NCBI GenBank assembly: GCA_951406725.2
Contig: OX597819.1
Span: forward strand, 123,380,001-123,444,000
Source: Octopus vulgaris
Taxonomy: Eukaryota
Reading direction: 5' to 3'
Length of the DNA: 64,000 nt
Shown one piece after another: positions 52,820 through 64,000 of this stretch. The translations under genes and the position numbers were made by a program. The notes under the pieces were generated by a model. It was not told where the DNA came from and made no database searches. It worked only from the letters and a program-made list of their open reading frames with translations. The stretch's first letter is position 1. Each line of letters begins with the position of its first letter.

Positions 52820-54284
52820 TTGGCTACCGAATTATTGTCACATATTATATTTACAGATATATATATATATATATATTGAATATATGTGTGTGTTTGTGTG
52901 TGTGTGTGCATACATTTAACCCATTGTATTATAAACACACATTCCTAAATATATAATACTTGTGTATATAATTGTAAATGCTTTTGCGTGTTTCTGAGTG
53001 TGTCGGTAGTATTTTTAATGATAAATGTCACGTAGTATGTAATTTAATTGTTTTAGCTGTTAAGCGCAAATGTAATTTGGTTATATTATAAATCTAGATA
53101 TCCGAAAAGGCCACTGTTTGTAACGTAGCTACTATGTTTTCATAGGTTATTGACCTAAGTAACGTTATAAGAAAGCAAGACAGATTCAGACTTAGAATGA
53201 ACGTTGATATTAAAAAGGAAGTGAAATATATGCTAGGAAACCTTTTGTAAGTAAAAGGTTGTTGAAGAGAAAAAGTCCAGTGAGATTACATACGTGTGAG
53301 AAAACGATACAATTTATTGCAATAAATTAAAACATGCATGCCCTGTGTGGGCTGTGATTTATGAAAGAGTATAAGACAAAATACCAATTAAATTTAATTA
53401 GACAGGTGAAATAAATGCATAATATTTCATTTTTGTAGATGAAAACTAACAGATGACAAGAAAACCAGAATATATATGAGAAAAATAATACGGAGATACG
53501 CAGCACGTTCATGTAAACACAAACGATAGTCGGTGCATTCTGGTTAGCTGAGAATTGCGGGATGAAGGGAACTGGGGCACATTTTTGCGGTACGAATCTT
53601 CTAGCGTTATCATGGATCAATCCGTGATATGCGTAACGCGGTTCAAAATTAAGCATACCGTGTCATCTCGGCTGAGTGATGAATGAATTAGCGATAATGA
53701 ATGAATCAGCTTACATGTAGTCAACTGATTTCTCCAATTCTGCTTTAACTGTATATAAAAAAATAAAAGGGAGAGAGAGGGGGGAGTGAGAGGGAGAGAT
53801 AGAGCTTTAACATAAGAGGTTAATTCCTATCAGGATGAGTACAGATACTTGGTTTGTTGGTAGGAAACGGTAAATTTTAATTTTATTTTAATATAAGTAT
53901 TTTACCTTTGACAATATGTATTTATTTCATCCCTTTTGTTTTTGTATAGGCACGAAACCATTTCATGAAAGTTAATTTATAATTACCGTTTGCAATATTT
54001 CCTGCTGTTATCTATGGTAGCAAAAGTATACTTCCAAAGTTACCTCTCATATGACAGGTAACACTAGTTAAATTTGCTTTCTTTATCGGGGCGTTAACAA
54101 AGGAAACAATGACTCTGTCCGAGAGCTTTACCACAACGTTAATCTGTTTGTAACTGGCTTAGTCAGAGGAAGAAAGGGAATGCCCATGACATTTTACTTG
54201 GCCTCTGAAATTGACGGAGGAAAGGAAAGAATCTACATATCTTAGAATAAATAGTACAATAGAAAGTAGTACAGTAAAATATAT

Positions 54285-54514
54285 ATTTCTTTACTACCCA
54301 CAAGGGGCTAAACATAGAGGGGACAAACAAGGACAGACAAACGGATTAAGTCGATTACATCGACCCAGTGCTAAACTGGTACTTTATTTATCGACCCCCG
54401 AAGGATGGAAGGCAAAGTCGACCTCGGCGGAATTTGAACTCAGAACGTAACGACAGACGAAATACCGCTAAGCATTTCGCCCGGCGTGCTAACATTTCTG
54501 CCAGCTCGCCGCCT
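54285..54514 (-). mobile_element. SINE family 1
   Basis: Full unit with flanking agtacagtaaa repeat. Confidence 0.9.
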
Positions 54515-57500
54515 CAAGTACAGTAAACTATATTTAGGCTTGAGAACGCGTCACGATGCTACGACAGCGTCTGTCTATTTGCTTGTCAGTCTGTCAATCT
54601 TTCTGTTTGTCTGTCGTTACTTCTTTCTGGTTTCCTGATGAGCGAATTTATTGGAACGCTATTTCCCTTTCATTAAGGAATATCAATGTTTTTGTAAAAT
54701 GATATTTGAAGATTATTTTATATAAATAAGTATCCGAACCACTTGCCTTAATTCCAAAATATCTAGTACCTGAAACTAGTACACGTATATCTTCCAGCAC
54801 CCTTATCTTTGAATAACACTGCGCCCAAATAATGCTGTTATAACTAGGCGCATAGTTATAGTTGTTTCTCAGTTACTATACACTATGCATGTCCTCAAGC
54901 AGAGAAACAGGCCTAAAAATACTCTCACGGAGGCCTACATGATTAGTTAAACCTTATACAATTAGTCAGGAGCTTTGTAATATATCAAAGAATACTTTAG
55001 AAAATAAATATACCGTGAAAATTTTCCCAATTTTCAGCAAGATGTTTCCATGCGAACTTATTATATTTTCCGAGTTTCACGATGATGACGAATTCATCTG
55101 AAAGAACCAATGTGCAAAGATTATCGATTGATATTTTGTAATTAAAGCATTTTTTGAAGTTAGTGATATTAATAAATATTAACAAGAAACTCAGCAAAAT
55201 ATGGAAGTAAACGATCGTTCATTCTACATAATTCCTACCAAATGATTAATCTCGTTTGATGATTCTCAGACATACGGGAAATAGCCTCATCTCTCTGTCT
55301 CAGGGTTAAATATTCCAGTAGTTTCTCGGTCACTTTATCAATTTGTTTCTTATATTAGCGTGTAAAGGGTCGAGTCTTCGGCAGCCACGCTTGCTTTTAG
55401 TGCAGTCGTAAGGAAGAATCAATACGACCTTACGACGTGACTACCTTGGCCCAAAGATGGAGTCCATTCATCGGACTTCCACCAGTTTCCACCTATTCAG
55501 TTTCGCTCACAAGATATATTTTGACCAGAGTCTAAAACAGGAGATATTTACCCAAGATGCTTCGCAGTAAGATCGTGTCCGGAACATCGTGATTACGAAA
55601 GGAAATTCCTACCCACTCGTCCATCCCAACACTTATGCACATCATGCATACATCAGCATTCGAATACAATTATTATGGACAGAGAATATTTACGAAGATT
55701 ACGAAGAGAAATTCATAACATTTTCTATTTTAATTAGTAAGCTGCCCTCCCTATTATATCACTACTTTGATATTACAACCCTCTGTCATTTAAAAATACC
55801 GATAACAGTTCATTTTCTCTCGCTCGTTATCGAATATTAAAAATAACTCAGCAGAATTTTAATTGTTTAATGTTTCAAAATCGATTTACAAGTTATGTTT
55901 AGAAGTGAAAGAATCAAATCTGCAACTAATCAGTTCTGAATCACTGCACACGATAAAAGTCATAAAATGTATAAGGACATAAAATGTATAACTACAGGCT
56001 GTTGTAACACGCAGGTTTAACAATAAACATTAACTAGGAGGGCCCGTGAATATTTCACGGAATTAATGGTAAACATTGGGTTATTTCTGAAAGCTTTATC
56101 CCAGAAAACTTGAAAGCGTAGCCTGTGTTGTGTCTGTATGGAAAGATAGTCGCTCGTCTGCTACTCAATGAAAAGTGAAAGAAATTGGAATGCGATGATT
56201 ACTTAATATACTTTATGTATACACTTTATATATGCACTCTATGCACAATTTTATAAACTTAATACACAGCACTCAGAAAATAAATATTAACTCTTATTTT
56301 TTCCATTTTCCCATAAAAAGAATATTCCCGTTCATATGATTACAGCCTTAAGTCAAATTGCATATATCTGCCACGTAAATAAGCGTGAGTATTTCACGGA
56401 ATTGCACTTATGTGCGTGCGTTGACAGGTTAAGTAACTTAGGTCGAATTAAAAAATACACTTTCACCGTCTAATCACCACCACCACCATCATCATCTTTT
56501 TTCTCTCCCCCTCTCTCTCTGCCTTTAACCTCGTCATCAGAACATCATCGCTCTACTAAAATTATATTTTTAACTCTCTTTCTCTATCTTCTAATAACTT
56601 ATTTTTAGCCCCGTAATAAATATTACGGTCCTCCAACCACATGTCATGGTTGCTTCTCTCCCCGTCTTTTCTCTTTCACTCTTTTTCTTTCTCCCCCTTT
56701 CCGTCTCACTCTTCACCTTATCCTCTTTTTCTTTTCCCTTTTTCTTTCTCCTCTCTTTCCCTTCTACTAATGACGTGCAAGCTTTTCAATTACATTCCCT
56801 CTACCTCAAGTCTTGGACGCTTCTCTCTCCCTCTTCTCCTCCTCCCTCCTTCCTTTTCTCTCTCCATCTTTCCTTTCTCCTCTTTTTCTCTCGTAATGTG
56901 AAAGCGCTACCGACTGGCTAACGCAATGAGAAGCAGAATTAATATAAAATGCTGTGATTTGTGATATAAAGAGTCAAGATTTCTCTAATAAATCGAACTA
57001 ATTTCTTTCATTAATCAGTTAACATGGATAACTACAATTTGACTCAACTTTTTTCTTTTCCATTTAAATTAATTTTATTGATTTCCAATATTTGCATGTG
57101 TAATGATGTTCCAACTTCTGTGACATATGTGACATAAACAGATCAACACCGACGATGCGTTTACTGCTAGAAACACGTATCTTCTTTATCGAGAACTTGA
57201 TAGGATAGTGTTGCGGATATAGAAATGATACATGTAACAGTGTTTCTATTTCGAGTGTTTCAAAGGTTTTAGTTTGGAGATAAGTAATTTAAATTGTGTG
57301 TTAAGTAATTGTTCAAATCACAAGATTCTGCGTAAAGTCCCAGTGGGTAGCATCTTAGAAAGTAGTCCTGTACTATAGCCCAGGGCCGACCACATCTATA
57401 GAACAAAAAGAGGATAGAATCTACGGGTTTTGCATTTTGGTAATCATGACAGGGAAATTGGTGGAAATATTGCAATTTCGTAATATATTAAGGAGATCAA

Positions 57501-57762
57501 GTTGCATGAGTGTTTGTTCGTAAATAAACTAGCATGTAGAAAAATCTAAAGGGAGGTAATTGGTGGGTGTTATGATTGGAATCAAAGAAGGTAATTACAC
57601 TTTTTGTGGGTAGGGTGAGGGGAGATACATTTTGTGGTGCACAGTTTTTTGGGGAGGGCAAATTGATAGTATTTATATTACGAAATTATTAATTTATGGA
57701 TTAAAATAGTGAAATAGAATATGCACAAAGTTTGTTATGCGCCCACGCATTAAAAATTAACG

Positions 57763-57947
57763 TTTCCACTATAGATACAAAGCCTGAACTTAGGCGGGAG
57801 GCGAATAGTCGATTACATCGACCCCAGTGATTCACTGGTACTTAATTTATCGTCCCCGAAAAGATGCAAGGTAAAGTCGACTTCGGTGGAATTTGAACTC
57901 AGAACGTAGCGACGGAGGAAATGTCGCGAAGCATTTCGCCCGGCGTG
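57763..57947 (-). mobile_element. SINE family 1, diverged copy
   Basis: Core aaagtcgacttcggtggaatttgaactcagaac. Confidence 0.8.
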
Positions 57948-57999
57948 AATTAGAATAGTAGCAAAATCCCAAACTGCTTAGGTACCCATATTCAGACGT

Positions 58000-58650
58000 A
58001 GTTTGTATTTTTCAATAAATATATTCCCTTTATTTAATCGATCATGAATAGGATATTACTTCCTTGCATCGGTAGATGGGGAAAACTGTGAAGTTTGGTT
58101 GTATATTACCTGCGTATCTCTCTATGTGTTCGCTCAATAGTATCTGTCTATAACTTGGGAAACAAATCTGTTACTTATACAGAGTAGTTCTCAGTCTATG
58201 TAACATCCTTGTTTGGCCTATATAATTGCGTACACATCCTGAACAAGTTATCACGTAAATAAAATTTCAGATGTACAAGTGAAGTCTTAATTGTGAATCT
58301 CTGCCCTTGTTTGAGGTCGAATCCCAAACACTCCAGTAGTTTGGCGCATTTTCCACAGTTTGGAACACCGTGTTTTTTATTTATATTTTGTGGTCGTAGT
58401 GTTTGTATTTGAGGGAATTCTTTACGGTGATTTGGTTTCTTTTTTCACGTTTGATGAACTTGTGTGTTTTTAGAATGTTGTTAATCTTTAGATCCCTACT
58501 GAGCATTGGTAGATTTTGAATAATGGTGTTGTATGCCTCATTGGTTATAGGATTGAATGTTGAAATACAGAGTAGTATTTCTAGATGAGGTGCGGGATTT
58601 AGTCTCGTTTCTCTTTGTGTTTTGATATCAGTTTTCTTTAATCCTATCAT
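58000..58650 (-). pseudogene. Neptune-type PLE GIY-YIG fragment
   Basis: LLCISTFNPITNEAYNTIIQNLPML, CGKCAKLLE, FTCTSE and YIGQT-like segments. Homologous to 6250-6900. Confidence 0.78.
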
Positions 58651-58826
58651 CTATAAGTGAGGTTACATTGTGACTCTCGGCTAATATCGTTCTAAGGTAC
58701 TGAAGGCAAAGTTCCTGACTATTTGCATCGGATTCTGTTGTGCAAATCCTTTTCGCTGGATTAAAGGGAATATTTATCATATACATAAAAAGTGTCTAAA
58801 TCTCTCCATTCTCGCATGTCTTGCTC

Positions 58827-58897
<71 letters not shown>

Positions 58898-59129
58898 TTA
58901 TGTGTGTGTGTGCGTGTGTGTGTTCTTTTATTTCTGGTCATTGTACTGCTGTAATTGCTTTGTTACAGGGACGTAAACAAACTAATAGCGATTGTTAAGT
59001 AATGGTACAGGACAAACACAGACACAAATATACAGATACAAAAGCAAACACACACGCATGTATGTATATGTATGTATACACACTCACACACACACACACA
59101 CACACACACAGATATATATATATATATAT

Positions 59130-59470
59130 GCTGGGACCCTCTTCGGTCACGACACAGACCATGGGATTGCACCTAGAAAGTTAACCTCCCAGGCACAAGT
59201 CCGGGCAAGTTTGTTTATCGAAGACCAGCAGTCACACATGCATACCGGCCTCCCCTTTCCACGCCACTGATGTTATCCAAGGGAAAGGCAAAGGGGCCGA
59301 TACAGCTTGGCACCTGTGACGTCGCAACTCATTTCTACAGCTGAGTGAACTGGAATTGCGTGAAATAAAGTGTCTTGCTGAAGAACACAACACGCAGCCC
59401 GGTCCGGGATTCAAAATCACAACCTCACAATCGTAAGCTCGACGCTCTAACCACTGCGACATGTGCCTTC
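59130..59470 (-). mobile_element. tRNA-derived SINE (family 3 related)
   Basis: Head gtcgcagtggttagagcgtcgagcttacgattgtgagg and CORE-like cttcagcaagacactt. Confidence 0.8.
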
Positions 59471-59473
59471 ACA

Positions 59474-59537
<64 letters not shown>

Positions 59538-59559
59538 GTATACACACACACTCTCTCTC

Positions 59560-60025
59560 GTTGCTCACACGTGATCATAGTCCATCTTTATTTTACTGCA
59601 GGGACGTTCAAAGAATGTACGCGTTTTTTCTCTTTCTTTCCTATCTTTTCTCTTTTCAAAAAATATTTCTCACAATGTTCACTATTTTCATCTCGTTCCG
59701 GTCTATCGTCTCTCCATGTTTGTTTCCGTTCAGTTTCCTTGTATATCTCTACTGTCATGTTTTCGCTGTCAACTTTGACCATCCATAAATCCTAAATTTT
59801 ATTTTAGAATTCATGGGAGCAACTGTCGTTAAAGAGTCATATTGTCGTTGAATGCTCGAAATGACGAGTAGATAGAGAGCCGACAAATGATGACGGGTCC
59901 TTTCTCTGTGTTTAATTGTCCTGATTTCCTTTTTTCCTCGTTGTTTACTTATTTAACTATTTTCTTTACGTATATCATGTTATTTGCACCGTTGGTGATG
60001 TCCTGTACCCATATATGCATATGTA
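59560..60025 (+). mobile_element. Diverged relative of the 21520-22430 element
   Basis: Pyrimidine-rich body, GAAA-to-TGATGA motif with the same spacing, end tgtcctgtacccatatatgc. Confidence 0.55.
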
Positions 60026-60136
60026 TGTATATATATATATATATATATATTTACTATTTACTATTTAATATTTACTATTTACTATTTATTATATGTTTGT
60101 ATATATACACACACATATTATTTACTATTTATTATA

Positions 60137-60176
<40 letters not shown>

Positions 60177-60205
60177 TATTTATTATTTATTATATGTTTA
60201 TATAT

Positions 60206-60271
<66 letters not shown>

Positions 60272-60275
<4 letters not shown>

Positions 60276-60456
60276 TTTACGAAAAGAAACAAAAGACGAA
60301 GACAGGTAGTGTACAAAACAAACAGATGTATTAGTATAACACTCAGGAATAGAAAAAGTATTTTACGTTTCGAGCCTACGCTCTTCTACAGAAAGGGACA
60401 CAGAAAAAACAAGGGGAGAAAAAAAATGTGTGTAGTGGCTAACGATCTATCATGGC
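60272..60456 (-). mobile_element. Repeat F copy with minimal HHR variant (60361-60394)
   Basis: ttt-CTGTAGA-a-gagc-gtag-gctc-GAAAC-GTA-aaa. Confidence 0.82.
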
Positions 60457-60847
60457 GTGTATATATATACACACACATTAATGTCTTCAGATGTGTATCG
60501 CCTCCTATAAATCTACATATGCGCGAAGACATACACAACACTCATAAATCTTGTGTATTGTGTAACATCTGGAAAAGTGAACATTGAAATGGCCATATAA
60601 GATCAACAAATTATAACAATAAGAATATGAACAAAGATTAAAAAAACACTATTGCATTTCTGGTCTGCAATGCAATAAATGTTCAACTTATAACCTTAAT
60701 ACAAAAGCGTGTATTTTCCGTTTTGATTTACGAAACGCCTGGCGTTTGCAATATATTATTTTATTTTATTACTACTGCGGTTTGCAATGTTGTGTAACTG
60801 TTAGTTGAACTTTTGATTATGATAATAATTTGCGTTGTTTCTAATAT

Positions 60848-63830
60848 CAGGAATCCCTCGCTTTACGTGATGAATTTTCGAAAATCTGGCAGGGACGCGA
60901 AATTGCTTAAGGCAAATTTAATTCTCCTTTTGATTTTCATAACATCAAGTGAGATTGCATTCCTATAGACTTTTTTAGAAAAAAAAGATAAGAAAGAAAA
61001 TAAGCATAATAAAACAACAGAGAACAGCCAAGGCGATCACCTACATGCGTGGAATTAACTATTTCTAAACTTGCGTAACAAAATATGGAACATAAACACA
61101 TTCAATTGGAATACCTAAGGGAATTAATAACAATCGTAATGTCGTAAACTTATATTCTCACCGCAAAAGATGGTGACTGCTGTATGAGGTGTGATGGGGA
61201 ATCAGCATTACTAAGAAGATAGGGAATATTATTTACTTTCTTATAGTTCCTTATCATCTGAATGAGCTTGAATGCTGAATAATTTATCCAAAGTTGTTTG
61301 TGGTTTATATGACATCATCTCTTACAGCTCAGTATAGAAACTGAGCTTATTGTAAACTCCTTTTGTAATTTTCATGTTATGTTCATGATTAAATTTATTA
61401 TCATCAAAAATCTGCAGCCCTTCCTCTAGAGGTGCCAGCCTCTTAGCTACAATTTTTGTACTCAGTTTAAGTCATGCAGGCGGAACAGTTGTTATCTGTA
61501 TTCTCGGTCTGTTCTGTTTCTAACTGTATCAGCTGCTTGTGAAATTAACTTTCACTCTGGGACACTAGAATTTCAGTCACACCATTCTCTGGCTTCTTCA
61601 AATTCTTCATTCTTTGCACCTGTCACACTATCTCTTCGAATGTAAAGCAGACTTTCTATTTGGGGGAAAATAGTCTGACCATATCTCTTCCAAGCACTAT
61701 TCGAAGTTGAACGCTTCACTTCATCCTGTGATTCAGCTATGTTTTCCACAGCATCTATTATATAGAATTTCTTCCAGAAATCTTAGACTGTAGGTTTATT
61801 CTCATTGTCATTAGCTATCATAAATTGTTTGACATTTCTGATATAATCTGCCTCGAAGTTTGCTATCCAACCTTGAGCCATTGACAGAGTAAAGAAGTTG
61901 TATTTTGGGGGATATATTCTACTCTCACATTATCAGTAATGCCATTTAGGTCCGCTGAGTATCTCGATGCATCGCCTAAAAGAAACAATGTTTTGTTGGA
62001 AAATAGTATTCTTACGCTGAACCTCTCTCTGGCGAGACGAAAGACGTTTGTAAACCACACTTTGAACATATTCTTTCTCATCCATGACATCTTATTTGGA
62101 CACCAAAGTTTAGATAGATTAAATTTCGTGTAACCCTTGAAAGTTCTTAGATTTTCGGAATGATACACGTGAAAGGACTTCATTTTATATCACCATCGGC
62201 AATTTTTGGAAGTGTTAAACACCGGTGTTGAATTTTCTTCTCGAGAAATACGAGGGACGTTCAATAAGTAATGCCTCTGACTCACTTGCAGTTGTTTGAT
62301 CTAGCTGAAATTTTGCATGTGCAATTATTTATATCTCTATAGAGTAAGTGACAAATTACAGCTCTGAATTAATTGTGGTTTCTGATTTACAGGTGTTTGA
62401 ACCGAGTCAAGTGTGAAATGGAGCCTGTTGAGTGTCGGGCAGTGATCCGGTTTTTGTATTTGAAAGGACGCACACCACGGGAGACTTTTGATGAAATGAA
62501 AGTAACTTATGGTGATGATGCCCCATCATATGACCTTGTAAAACGCTGGCATCGTGAATTCAGACATGGTCGGAACTCTGTGGAAACAGCTCCCAGATCT
62601 GGTCGCCCCCTTCTGCCATTGATGGGGCATCTGTCCGTCAAGTTGAGGCTGCCATTTTGGAAGATCGACGCATAATTATTCGCCAAATAGCCCATGAGGT
62701 CAAGATTGGTACCGGGTCTGTGGAAACTATCATTCATGACCATTTGCATATGCAAAAGGTGTCTGCCAGATGGATTCCCAGGTTGCTCACGCCTTTCCAG
62801 AAGCAAGAACGCGTCGAGTGCTCGAGGGTGAATTTGGAGACGTGCCAAGAAGATGAGTCAAAATTTTTCAAAAGACTGATTACACAGGATGAAACCTGGG
62901 TCGATCACGATGATCCAGAGACCAAAGCCCAGTCAATGCAGTGGAAGCACTGTGACTCACCCCCTCCAAAGAAGGCAAGGGTGCAGCCCTCCGCTGGCAA
63001 GGTCATGCTCAGTCTTCTGGGACCAGGACGGAGTAGTGATGACAGATTTCCTGGAAAAGGGTACCACAATTGCAGGAGCCTATTATCCTTCACTTTTGAG
63101 GAAATTAAGAGAAGTTATCAAAATCAAGAGGCGGAGCAAGATCAGCAAAGGCATCCTCTTCCTGCAGGACAACGCTCCGGTCCACAACTCGCTTGTCGCC
63201 AGATCAGAAGCACAGGCGTATGGCTATGAACTCCTCCCCATCCCCCCTACTTTCCTGACCTTGCACCCTCTGATTTTCACCTCTTCCCAATCATGAAGTT
63301 GTTTTTGAAAGGAAAGCGTTTCCCAGATGATGCAGCCTTGATTTCTGAAGTCACGTTGAGGTTGGAGGACCAAGCTGGGTTCTTCTACAAAAACGGTCTC
63401 CAGAGCCGCATCAAACGATGGGAGAAATGCGTAACTCTGGGTGGTTCCTATGTAGAAAAAGACTAATAACTGTGCCAAGTTTCGTTGCTCTACTGCTATG
63501 GGAAGTGGGTCATGGGCATTACTTATTGAACGCCCCTCGTAAAAGTTCTAGCAAGTGTTCGCTTCTAGAAAAGAGCAATTTCATCAAAATCGTTTACTTT
63601 CTCTGGTGTATAACTCACTTCGCAAATTATTTTCTTCGACTGCTCAGAAAATTAGTTGCAGCCTTTTTATTACCGATCGCAGTCTCATCACTTATTTTTA
63701 TGTTGTGTACATTCATGAGATTCTTAAACATTTTAAAACCCGCCTTTACTAACCCCAAAAAGAATTTTCATTCGAAGTTTCACCTTTTTTCTGTAAGTCA
63801 CCATATAAATTTTTAGTTTCTTTTTGAAAT
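60848..63830 (-). mobile_element. Decayed Tigger/pogo transposon split by a mariner insertion
   Basis: VYHSENLRTFKG...NKMSWM...VEYIPQNTTSL. The segment FDEIALF*KRTLARTF|ISREE is continuous across the mariner. TIR-like caggaatccctcgctttacg. Confidence 0.78.
62251..63539 (+). mobile_element. Full-length mariner (DD34D), transposase 62418-63466 with about 3 frameshifts
   Basis: TIRs cgagggacgttcaataagtaatgcc / ggcattacttattgaacgcccctcg, TA TSD, WIPRLL, TQDETWV, QDNAPVH, PDLAPSDF. Confidence 0.95.
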
Positions 63831-63831
63831 A

Positions 63832-64000
63832 CCTATTTCTTTACGACCCACAAGTGGCTAAACACAGAGAGGACAAACAAGGACAGACAAACAGATTAAG
63901 TCGATTATATCGACTCCAGTACGTAACTGGTACTTATTTAGTCGACCCCGAAAGGATGAAAGGCAAAGTCGACCTCGGCGGAATTTGAGCTCAGAACGTA
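63832..64000 (-). mobile_element. SINE family 1, cut by the window end
   Basis: Tail and core present. Confidence 0.9.

Noticed and set aside
53327-53656. 109-aa minus-strand ORF as a host gene
   Set aside because: No recognisable domain or supported splice structure.
54630-54670. CTGATGAG core
   Set aside because: No GAAA after the short stem.

Overview
This is a eukaryotic, AT-rich, repeat-dominated window with no host protein-coding exon that I can support. The SINE families and the dense (TA)n, (CA)n, (GATA)n and (AAT)n tracts resemble octopus (cephalopod) genomic DNA, which is an inference. It holds three tRNA-derived SINE families, including multimers; decayed RTE, CR1-like, R4/Dong-like and HERO/NeSL-like LINEs; Tc1, mariner and Tigger transposons; and MITEs. 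It also holds Penelope-like elements (PLEs) resembling three clades (Poseidon, Neptune, Naiad). The main signal is about a dozen hammerhead ribozyme (HHR) motifs from at least 8 unrelated repeat families, nearly all next to (TA)n tracts. Several sit at the outer ends of head-to-head palindromic PLE insertions, the largest 7.6 kb. Variants include a CUGUAGA core, a tRNA-head plus HHR cassette and a permuted (type II-like) order. All folds and clade calls were made by eye and most boundaries are approximate. The long ORFs at 30-37 kb are microsatellite artefacts.
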